From an uncultured archaeon (lineage in GTDB: Archaea; Aenigmatarchaeota; Aenigmatarchaeia; CG10238-14; SCSR01): 64,000 nt of DNA. The first letter of the stretch is position 1; the number at the start of each line of letters is the position of its first letter. The stretch is from assembly GCA_964400475.1 (NCBI GenBank), contig CAYNTH010000001.1, positions 73,957 to 137,956 of the forward strand. Reading direction: 5' to 3'. Below are positions 1 through 7,598 of this stretch, in pieces. A program made the translations under genes and the position numbers. Below the pieces are notes generated by a model. It searched no databases. It worked only from the letters and a program-made list of their open reading frames with translations, and had not been told where the DNA came from.

Positions 1-47
1 GGGTTTTTCTCGTAGAATTTTTTAACAATTTGTCCGTTTGTTTTCAT
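1..47 (-). CDS. 5' end of a CDS running off the window edge (MKTNGQIVKKFYEKNP...), possibly a SAM-dependent methyltransferase
   Basis: ATG at 47 on minus strand, open to position 1, directly downstream of the carbamoyltransferase. Product is a guess from the V..FY..P start and context. Confidence 0.4.
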   Translation of the reverse strand, partial: MKTNGQIVKKFYEKN

Positions 48-55
48 TTTTGGCA

Positions 56-1759
56 CTAATAGTTGTTTTTATCTATCAGATAATTTTCTAAGATTAGATA
101 ATCTATGTCAGTTTTAACGAATGTATTAAATGCGTTTTCAGGAGTTCTTACAATGGGTTGTCCCCTTACATTGAATGATGTGTTTATTATAACTGGAATT
201 CCTGTTATTTTTTTAAATTCTTTTATTAGATTATAATATCTCGGATTCGTTTTTTTATCAACCGTTTGGGGTCTACACGTAGAATCTATATGGGTAGCAG
301 ATACTATATTATTTATTTTATTTTCTTTAACTTTGAAAACGAGTACCATATAAGGAGATTCGTGTGCCTTGATTAGATAATCGTCAATATCATCTATTAG
401 AATCGATGGGGCGAATGGTCTAAATGGTTCTCTATGTTTTACTTTATTGTTTAGGATGTCTTTCATGATCGGATCGGATGGATTTGCTAATATGCTCCTA
501 TTTCCTAATGCCCGGGGCCCAAATTCTAATCTCCCTTGGAACCAACCAATTACGTTATTTTTTGAAATCAATTTCGCAGTTTTTTTAGTTATTTTTTTAT
601 CATCTAATTCTTCATAATTTATGTCATTATCTTGCAAAAATTTTTTGATGAATTCATTACTAAAACTTGGTCCCAAATAGACGTCATTCATTTGATATTC
701 CCTAGGATTGTTGTATAGATGGTTATAAACATAGTACGCCGCACCGAGAGAACCACCAGCGTCTGATGAAGCAGGTTGGATGAATATATTTTCGAATTTC
801 CCTTCTACAAGTATTTTTCCATTAGACACCGAATTTAATGCAACTCCTCCAGCTAAACACAAATTTTTTGATCCAGTTAATTCATGTGCATGATTCGTTA
901 TTTTGAGCATCGTTTCTCCTGTAATTCTTTGAAGAGCAGCTGCTATGTCTTTGTGTCTCTTTTTGATTTCATCTCCGTGAAATCTCCTTGGACCCAATTT
1001 TTTTTCCAATTCAGGTGTGAACATATTTTTTTTATGGGTATAAGAGAAATATCTCATGTTTAATTTGAAACTACCATCTTCTTTCACATCAATTATATTT
1101 TTGAAATCGTCATAGTATTTTTCCGAATCTCCATAAGAGGCCAATCCCATGATTTTGAATTCATCATTATTAACTCTGAATCCCAAATATGATGTTATCG
1201 TACTATATAATAATCCTAGAGAATGGGGAAATTGTATTTCTTTAAGGGATTCGATTTTGTTGTTTTTTCCATGGTGTATTGCAGTTGTTGTCCATTCACC
1301 GACCCCATCTACAGTTACTATTGCCGCTTTTTTGAATGGGGAAACCAGAAATGCACTTGCGGCGTGTGATTGGTGGTGCTTGACAAATAACACATCACCA
1401 TCGTAATTAACCTTAGTTTTTAATGTTGATGGGACTCTTAATTTTTTTGTCATCCATTGAGGTACAGCTTCCCAAAATGTCCAGAAAGACGTCGGGTATT
1501 TTTCTATACATGTTTGAAGAATTCGATCAAATTTTAGTAATGGTTTATCGTAAAAAACTACTTTATCCACATCTTTTATAGTAATCCTACCCTCTTTAAG
1601 ACAATAATTTATAGAATTTTTAGGGAAACTATTATCGTGTTTCTTTTTTGTGAAACGTTCTTCTTCCACAGCAGCTACCAATTTACCATCTTTTATAAGA
1701 CATGCGGCGGAATCGTGATAATAACAAGATATACCTATTATGTTCATTTTTATCATCAT
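56..1759 (-). CDS. O-carbamoyltransferase (NodU/CmcH/TobZ, SxtI-like)
   Basis: HDSAACL...EEERF..KKH, HHQSHAASAF, DGVGE, AGGVALN, EFGPRALGNRSILA, KHREPFRPFAP, NTSFN motifs. Confidence 0.95.
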   Translation of the reverse strand: MMIKMNIIGISCYYHDSAACLIKDGKLVAAVEEERFTKKKHDNSFPKNSINYCLKEGRITIKDVDKVVFYDKPLLKFDRILQTCIEKYPTSFWTFWEAVPQWMTKKLRVPSTLKTKVNYDGDVLFVKHHQSHAASAFLVSPFKKAAIVTVDGVGEWTTTAIHHGKNNKIESLKEIQFPHSLGLLYSTITSYLGFRVNNDEFKIMGLASYGDSEKYYDDFKNIIDVKEDGSFKLNMRYFSYTHKKNMFTPELEKKLGPRRFHGDEIKKRHKDIAAALQRITGETMLKITNHAHELTGSKNLCLAGGVALNSVSNGKILVEGKFENIFIQPASSDAGGSLGAAYYVYNHLYNNPREYQMNDVYLGPSFSNEFIKKFLQDNDINYEELDDKKITKKTAKLISKNNVIGWFQGRLEFGPRALGNRSILANPSDPIMKDILNNKVKHREPFRPFAPSILIDDIDDYLIKAHESPYMVLVFKVKENKINNIVSATHIDSTCRPQTVDKKTNPRYYNLIKEFKKITGIPVIINTSFNVRGQPIVRTPENAFNTFVKTDIDYLILENYLIDKNNY

Positions 1760-1977
1760 TAATATTGTCTTTTGGGGTTATCATTTTCCATCGAATCAGT
1801 TTTAATCCAATAACTTTTTTTGTTATATTTATTTGATTCAATGATTCTAGAAAATTTCATTAGTAAAAACGAGAGTGTACCACCGACCCAGTATATAATA
1901 GAGACAAGGATAAAATTTAATACTATCTTTGATTTTTTGTTTATTCTTTTGAATAAGTCAAAAACATTCGATTTCAT
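1759..1977 (-). CDS. small membrane protein, SxtJ-like
   Basis: 72 aa, one hydrophobic segment, SYW motif and C-terminal RQY, adjacent to carbamoyltransferase. Confidence 0.6.
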   Translation of the reverse strand: MKSNVFDLFKRINKKSKIVLNFILVSIIYWVGGTLSFLLMKFSRIIESNKYNKKSYWIKTDSMENDNPKRQY

Positions 1978-1980
1978 ATA

Positions 1981-2142
1981 TTATATCACTGGATAAATGA
2001 TAATTGGTAATGGTGAAATACTTATTGATACTAACAATATTCCTAATATAAATAACAATAAAAGTAATGGAATCAACCAAATTTTTTTGTTCTCATTGAG
2101 ATATTTTATTATATCTTTCAGGATATAGAATCGTTTTCCCAT
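1981..2142 (-). CDS. small membrane protein, DUF5989/SxtK-like (53 aa, not in ORF track)
   Basis: Translated by hand: MGKRFYILKDIIKYLNENKKIWLIPLLLLLFILGILLVSISISPLPIIIYPVI; the KK.WL.P + TM + P.IY pattern is typical of the family. Confidence 0.75.
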   Translation of the reverse strand: MGKRFYILKDIIKYLNENKKIWLIPLLLLLFILGILLVSISISPLPIIIYPVI

Positions 2143-2176
2143 CAAAATATTTATGTAGTTTCTATTTATTATTTTT

Positions 2177-3328
2177 TCAGTCTAAAATAGATTTTTCAAT
2201 AATGAAATCTTTAAGATACCCCGATACTATTTTATGTCCTTCTGGATTCAGATGAGCGCCATCTACAAAATATCCACTAAATTTGGGAGAGCTTCTGATA
2301 ATTTTTTTTTCAAGGTCAAAAACATAAAGATTCTCAATATCTTTTTCTTTCAGATTCCTTAGATTTTCGTTGAGTTCAGATTTGGATCGTATGATAAATG
2401 AGAATAATTCATAATCTCGGGCCTTTTTTAAATATTCTATTTTTTTCGTATAATTTCCTTCTTTTCTCCCCAATTCATAAAATTTTCCTGTCACATCAAT
2501 AGTTCCTATAGGTTTTAATTCCAGATTGGATAGTGGAGTAACAAATATGATTGGTATACTGTTATTTTGAGCAATTTCCGTGATATCATTCATATTTTGA
2601 ACATAATTATTAAGGATTATTTCATCAATTTCCCTTAATTTTTCGTGATTTATTTGTAATACTCCTAGATTCTCCGCAGTTTCTACAATTTTTCCATCAA
2701 TCATTTTTATTTTTTGGGCTCTTCTTTCATTTCCTATAGAATATATTTTCAAAAAATTGTTTAGTATAAAGTTATTGGAAAGTAGGTAGAATTTAGGTTT
2801 TAATATTCGAATATATGCATTTTGATAATCGTTATGCCCGGAATATATTATGATGAGATCTGGTTTTTTAATTTCAATCGAATGTATTATATTTTCCTTA
2901 ACACCCTGCAAATCTCTACCACTGGATCCAAAATTTAAGACATTTATTTCTTTTTCAGTGTTATTTTCCAAGTCACTTTCAAGATAATATGGAAATACTT
3001 TTTTTTGTGAAGGATTCACGATCGAAGATCCGCCAAACACGTATATGGAATAGTCCTCATCAGAAAAATTCATGAAAATTTTACCATCGTTAATCGTTCC
3101 ACCATACCTACCTTCATTATATTCAAAATATTTTTCATCATCCTCTTCCTTGATATCCACAGGTATCTCGGATTTTCCTAGGTAATCTTTGACGTTGTTT
3201 TTAATTTTTTCATAATCGATTGTATTGATGTGGATGATTTGTATTAATAGATTAGTAAATATCACTACCAACAAGAGTGTAGGCGTCCATGCAATTAATT
3301 TAGATATTGTGTGGTGATTTTTTTCCAT
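2177..3328 (-). CDS. membrane-anchored SGNH/GDSL hydrolase-family protein
   Basis: N-terminal TM; blocks FGGSS, NFGSSG, YSGHND, DGAHLN. Confidence 0.85.
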   Translation of the reverse strand: MEKNHHTISKLIAWTPTLLLVVIFTNLLIQIIHINTIDYEKIKNNVKDYLGKSEIPVDIKEEDDEKYFEYNEGRYGGTINDGKIFMNFSDEDYSIYVFGGSSIVNPSQKKVFPYYLESDLENNTEKEINVLNFGSSGRDLQGVKENIIHSIEIKKPDLIIIYSGHNDYQNAYIRILKPKFYLLSNNFILNNFLKIYSIGNERRAQKIKMIDGKIVETAENLGVLQINHEKLREIDEIILNNYVQNMNDITEIAQNNSIPIIFVTPLSNLELKPIGTIDVTGKFYELGRKEGNYTKKIEYLKKARDYELFSFIIRSKSELNENLRNLKEKDIENLYVFDLEKKIIRSSPKFSGYFVDGAHLNPEGHKIVSGYLKDFIIEKSILD

Positions 3329-3373
3329 TGTATAATATTATCAAAAAATTAGATTTATAATTTCAGAGGAGTT

Positions 3374-3631
3374 TTATAATGATCTCGTTAAATCAGTAAT
3401 TTCCACTTCACTGATTTCTTCAATTCTTCTCAATTGATCTTCTATTTTATCCACTTCTCCGCCAGCATCTGGTATGATTTTAATGACATTCAATGCAACT
3501 AATCCAAACGCTACAGGGGATTCGTTTATTCTGTCTGGATTGATTTTTTCAGTTATTTTCTTTTTCAGATTTTCCAAATCAATATCCACGCCTTTAGGCA
3601 TTACTCTGAATGTAGCAATCACTTCTGCCAT
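3374..3631 (-). CDS. ef1b: translation elongation factor aEF-1beta
   Basis: MAEV..TFRVMP...DL..L, PVAFGLVAL, 85 aa. Confidence 0.93.
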   Translation of the reverse strand: MAEVIATFRVMPKGVDIDLENLKKKITEKINPDRINESPVAFGLVALNVIKIIPDAGGEVDKIEDQLRRIEEISEVEITDLTRSL

Positions 3632-3640
3632 TTGTTACAC

Positions 3641-3811
3641 CTATGGTCCCTCAAACCCACATTTGCATGTGTATTTTGTGCCGTTTTCCCTACAATTTTC
3701 ACATCTTATTATCCATTCATCCTTGCATCCCGGGCAAAGGAATTTTACGAAATTGTCGCTAGCATGCATGTGTAAGTTACAGCTAATGCAATTTATCGTC
3801 TTTTCTCCCAT
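3641..3811 (-). CDS. small Zn-ribbon protein, DUF1610/HVO_2753-like (56 aa, not in ORF track)
   Basis: MGEKTINCISC...FLCPGC..WIIRCENCR....YTCKCGFEGP; conserved position upstream of aEF-1beta. Confidence 0.88.
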   Translation of the reverse strand: MGEKTINCISCNLHMHASDNFVKFLCPGCKDEWIIRCENCRENGTKYTCKCGFEGP

Positions 3812-3888
3812 ACTATTACCACATTTACTTTAAAAGATTATTTTAATACTATTAATAATCTTTATAACTATTGTTATTTGTTACAATT

Positions 3889-3980
3889 GCCTCCTTAGTA
3901 TAGCTTGGAGTGTCAAACACGAGTAAATAGAACATCGGCTTGCGGAGCCGAGGACGTGGGTTCAAATCCCACAGGAGGCA
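3889..3980 (+). tRNA. tRNA-Arg(GCG) with a D-loop intron (approx. 3910-3925)
   Basis: Acceptor GCCTCCT/AGGAGGC, anticodon arm TCGGC-TTGCGGA-GCCGA, T-arm GTGGG-TTCAAAT-CCCAC; extra approx. 16 nt in the D-loop with a BHB-like fold. Confidence 0.92.
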
Positions 3981-4017
3981 CTTTTAATATTTTGGATAAC
4001 GCTATCTGAAAATTATC

Positions 4018-4935
4018 TTATTTCTTTAATCTTATTTTCATGAAATCGTATGCGATTTCCGTGTTTGGAAAGATTTCTTTAGCAGTATTCTCCATTTTTT
4101 CTATATCCTCTTTCGTAGAATACCTTCTACTCATATGTGTTAATAACAATTTTTTGGCCTTTGACTTCTTTGCTATTTCAGCCGCTTGTTTGACGTCTGC
4201 GTGTGATTTTCCTTCTGCTTCTTCCAAGAATGTGGCATCATGTATAAGTAAATCGGAATTTTTAGATATCTCAATCATGTTATCACATGGTTTTGTATCA
4301 CCCGAATAAACCACTTTCAGCCCCTCCTTTTTTTCCGCTATATTCTGGATTTTGATAATTTTCCCTTGTTTTTTGATTTCCCCGGATTTTTTCAATTCAT
4401 CCAACCACTTACCCCTCTTCAATCCCATTTTCTCTAATTTTTTTAGGTTAATACTCCATCTATCCTTTTCTTCGAACGAATATGCTACTGCAGGTACTGT
4501 ATGGAACACCGGTATTGAATAAATTTCATATTTCTCTGTTTCATCGATTTTAATTTTTTTATCTCCTCCATACTCCACATTGATGGCTTCTACCGGAAAT
4601 CTCAGTCCAAAATATCCCAAATCCATTATATTTGAGACAAATTTTTCTGCCTCAGGGCCGAATATTTTTAATGGTTTTTTTCTTTTCTCCAAGTTCATTG
4701 TTTGTATTAGTGGAATCAACCCAGCGAAGTGGTCAGCGTGCCAATGAGAGATGAAAATTTTATCTATTTTCATGAAACTGATGTCGGATTTCATAAATTG
4801 TTTTTGGGTTCCTTCACCACAGTCGAACAACAACACTTCGCGTTCCTCTGTGGAGTATTCTAAAACTATTGCAGGATGGTTTCTATTTAGACTGGGTATA
4901 CCAGACACGGTTCCCAGCATGGTTATCTCTATCAT
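4018..4935 (-). CDS. rnz: ribonuclease Z
   Basis: LGT..GIPS..RN, FDCGEGTQ, SHWHADH, YSGDT, HDATF, LTHMSRRY. Confidence 0.95.
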   Translation of the reverse strand: MIEITMLGTVSGIPSLNRNHPAIVLEYSTEEREVLLFDCGEGTQKQFMKSDISFMKIDKIFISHWHADHFAGLIPLIQTMNLEKRKKPLKIFGPEAEKFVSNIMDLGYFGLRFPVEAINVEYGGDKKIKIDETEKYEIYSIPVFHTVPAVAYSFEEKDRWSINLKKLEKMGLKRGKWLDELKKSGEIKKQGKIIKIQNIAEKKEGLKVVYSGDTKPCDNMIEISKNSDLLIHDATFLEEAEGKSHADVKQAAEIAKKSKAKKLLLTHMSRRYSTKEDIEKMENTAKEIFPNTEIAYDFMKIRLKK

Positions 4936-4937
4936 TT

Positions 4938-6374
4938 TTAACACTTGGTAAATTTCTCCTTTTCAAAATACGATTTAAGGAATACCCCGAAATTTCTATC
5001 ATTTTTTACTATTTTAAAGATTTTTTTCGGATTTGTTATCATTTCATATTTTTTAGATATTTCTTCAGCTATATGGCTAGGTATGCCTTTCGCTTTCAAA
5101 ATTTTCAATGAAACGTTCAGGCTATCTCTTATTTTTTCTGTTGCAGTTGTATATTCTCTCTTCGTTTCGACCACCCAAAAATCATCATCTATGAATGGTC
5201 CGTTTATGGCGGACTTTTTATATTTTTTAACGAAGTTCATTGATCCATCTCTGTCGAATACTGAAGGCCCGATTCTTTTCCTCACGTTGGGCAATTCAAA
5301 ATTTTCCATCTCGAGTACCAAAATTATTTTGTCTTCTTCATCCGTGTACACATCTTTTCTTAGAACATCAAATTCATTCTCCTTTAAAATAGATTCCATT
5401 CTGTTTGAGAATTTCCTAAGTTGTGGCCACAATATATCTGGTACCACATCTGGGGCACTCGATTTGATTATTATCAATTCTGTGCCTCTGTCTCGAATTT
5501 TAGTCATTAGTTCGGATGATTTTATTGGTTTAGATTTTTTAGGGAAGAAGAATTTTTCAGATGGTGATTTCCTAAAATCATTAGCTATTTCTTTCAATTT
5601 TTGAAAATTTTTGCTCGATATGGCTGCCGCAGCATTCCTATTCCTATCGGTTGGGTCTATAATGATTAGTGATTGATTTTTGAACTTTTTTCTGATTTCT
5701 TCATATTCCGATTTATTGTAGAAATTTTCTATATCAACTATCTCCCCGTGATTCCAATTCGAAATTCTTTCTATGGCTTTTTGGAATCCACCATAATTTA
5801 TTATAATTAACTCGCATACATAACCAGAGAATCCTTCTGTTTTGGTGTCAGCGCCATATATTCCATTCACAACGCAGATTTTTTTCAAAAGCCTGACATC
5901 ATTTGACAATTTTTCCGGGAATTTTTTTTCTATATATCTTACATGAAATGGTGTTCTGTCAACAGATGATTTCAATTCCTTCGTATTCTTGAGTTTATAG
6001 CATGGTACAACATCTATTTGCATTTCATCTATTTCTCCAGAGACATATGGGTGTTCCGCATATTCTATTCTATATGTACCATCAAATTTTTTGATAATTT
6101 TTTTCCCGATTTTTAGCCCAGATTTTTCCATTTTGTTTTTGGACATCGATTTCGGAAAAAGGATAAAAAGGTCGAATTCCATTTTCCCAGGAAGCCAAGT
6201 GTTTCTAGTTAAGCTACCGGCAATTATAGCTTTGGCCTTATATTTTTTAGATTCTTTGTTCGCAAGTTCGAGCAAATTTTTGGCCAATTTTTCTAGTCTT
6301 TCCTTTTCCTTCTTACTAGGAACTATTTTTCTAGTGACTTTATTTAATAATTTCTTGACAGACCTTTTGGACAT
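4938..6374 (-). CDS. cca: archaeal class I CCA-adding enzyme
   Basis: GSLTRNTWL...EFDLF, YAEHPY, DVVPCY, SVDRTPFH, GFSGYVCEL, IDPTD..RNAAAA; start moved to ATG 6374 (MSKRS). Confidence 0.95.
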   Translation of the reverse strand: MSKRSVKKLLNKVTRKIVPSKKEKERLEKLAKNLLELANKESKKYKAKAIIAGSLTRNTWLPGKMEFDLFILFPKSMSKNKMEKSGLKIGKKIIKKFDGTYRIEYAEHPYVSGEIDEMQIDVVPCYKLKNTKELKSSVDRTPFHVRYIEKKFPEKLSNDVRLLKKICVVNGIYGADTKTEGFSGYVCELIIINYGGFQKAIERISNWNHGEIVDIENFYNKSEYEEIRKKFKNQSLIIIDPTDRNRNAAAAISSKNFQKLKEIANDFRKSPSEKFFFPKKSKPIKSSELMTKIRDRGTELIIIKSSAPDVVPDILWPQLRKFSNRMESILKENEFDVLRKDVYTDEEDKIILVLEMENFELPNVRKRIGPSVFDRDGSMNFVKKYKKSAINGPFIDDDFWVVETKREYTTATEKIRDSLNVSLKILKAKGIPSHIAEEISKKYEMITNPKKIFKIVKNDRNFGVFLKSYFEKEKFTKC

Positions 6375-6429
6375 AATTAAATTTTGTACTGTTGTGTATA
6401 AAGCTTTAGATTTTTGGTGTTGTATATTA

Positions 6430-7035
6430 CTATGATAATAATTTTTCAATGGAATCTTTCTTAATATCGCCTTCTCTGAGAATTTGGAAATCATTCTCTT
6501 CGGATAAATCCACAACAGTTGATGGTTTGCCTGTTTTACATTCTCCGCCATTTAATATATAATCTATTTTAGATCCCAGTTGTATTTCAACCTCTTTAGC
6601 GTTCCTGGCATCGTTATTTCCGGATATATTTGCAGAGGTTGCAGTAATCGGTCCAGACTTCTTTATTAATTCCAGTGCTATTTCATTGTCCGGCATTCTT
6701 ATTCCCAGTTTATCAGAATTCGAAGTCAATTCACTTGGTAATATTGCCTTTTTCTTTAGTATCAGTGTAATCGGTCCAGGTAAAAATTCCTTTGAGATTT
6801 TTCTAGCATTGGAATTTGTGTATACTAGTTCATCCATTTGATTTATATCCGACACAGCAACTGAGAGTGGTTTGTCAAATTCCCTTGACTTCGCAGCAAA
6901 TACCTTCAAAATAGCTATTCTGTTAAACGGGTCTGCACCAAGTCCATATACGGTTTCGGTTGGATAAGCTACCAGTCCGCCCGCTTTTATTATTTCAGAT
7001 GCTTCTTCAATCTGTTTTTTCAATTTTTTATTCAT
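6430..7035 (-). CDS. L-threonylcarbamoyladenylate synthase (Sua5/YrdC/TsaC, short form)
   Basis: YPTETVYGLGA, K.R...KPL, PGPITLIL, ATSANISG, PSTVVD. Confidence 0.95.
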   Translation of the reverse strand: MNKKLKKQIEEASEIIKAGGLVAYPTETVYGLGADPFNRIAILKVFAAKSREFDKPLSVAVSDINQMDELVYTNSNARKISKEFLPGPITLILKKKAILPSELTSNSDKLGIRMPDNEIALELIKKSGPITATSANISGNNDARNAKEVEIQLGSKIDYILNGGECKTGKPSTVVDLSEENDFQILREGDIKKDSIEKLLS

Positions 7036-7143
7036 ATTTTAATTATGTACATCGTACTAAAAATAAGTATTCACTACTTAATAGTAAAGTTTATATAGTA
7101 ACTACTCACAAATAGTGAATATAAGATGGGACGAGGTGTACAA

Positions 7144-7299
7144 ATGACAGGTGAAGATCGCGTTGATTTTTTCAAGGAACAACTATTTGAAGCTAAGTCT
7201 GAGTTATTTTCAGCAAGTGACCTTAAACAAGTCAAGTTCCTTCAAAAGAAGATAGAATACCTTGAAAAGAAGATGCAAGAGATTGAAGAAGCCGAATAG
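7144..7299 (+). CDS. small coiled-coil hypothetical protein (51 aa, not in ORF track)
   Basis: MTGEDRVDFFKEQLFEAKSELFSASDLKQVKFLQKKIEYLEKKMQEIEEAE, preceded by GAGGTG Shine-Dalgarno. Confidence 0.6.
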   Translation: MTGEDRVDFFKEQLFEAKSELFSASDLKQVKFLQKKIEYLEKKMQEIEEAE

Positions 7300-7325
7300 A
7301 TTTTTGGTTATTTTTATAAATTTAA

Positions 7326-7415
7326 TAGCCCCGAGCGGATTCGAACCGCTGTCTTCTGGGCCAGAACCAGATTTAAGGGGCAAATGCCTATCCTTGACCA
7401 CTAGACTACGGGGCT
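7326..7415 (-). tRNA. tRNA-Gln(CTG) with a 17-nt intron at position 25/26 (7373-7389)
   Basis: Acceptor AGCCCCG/CGGGGCT, anticodon arm TCTGG-TTCTGGC-CCAGA, T-arm AGCGG-TTCGAAT-CCGCT; BHB AAGG-ATA...CCTT-AAA. Confidence 0.93.
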
Positions 7416-7598
7416 TTTAATCATTTGATTCTATCAGTTACAAAAATATATAAGCTTTCTTAGACTTTATTAATTTATAATTAAGGTGTTGGAATGCACG
7501 GTGAACGAGAAACACTTGGTTGAACATGAAGAAGCGTCACATCCAATGCTATTTATTTCTACTAATCTAAATGTAAAAATATTCGGAGGTAATCTTAA

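Noticed and set aside
56..3328. Saxitoxin biosynthesis
   Set aside because: Only the widely distributed carbamoyltransferase module is visible; no sxtA/sxtG-type core genes are in the window.
6375..6551. N-terminal extension of the CCA enzyme in the ORF track
   Set aside because: Overlaps Sua5 in another frame; the plausible start is ATG 6374.
7210..7401. 63-aa minus-strand ORF
   Set aside because: Overlaps tRNA-Gln; spurious translation of a tRNA gene.
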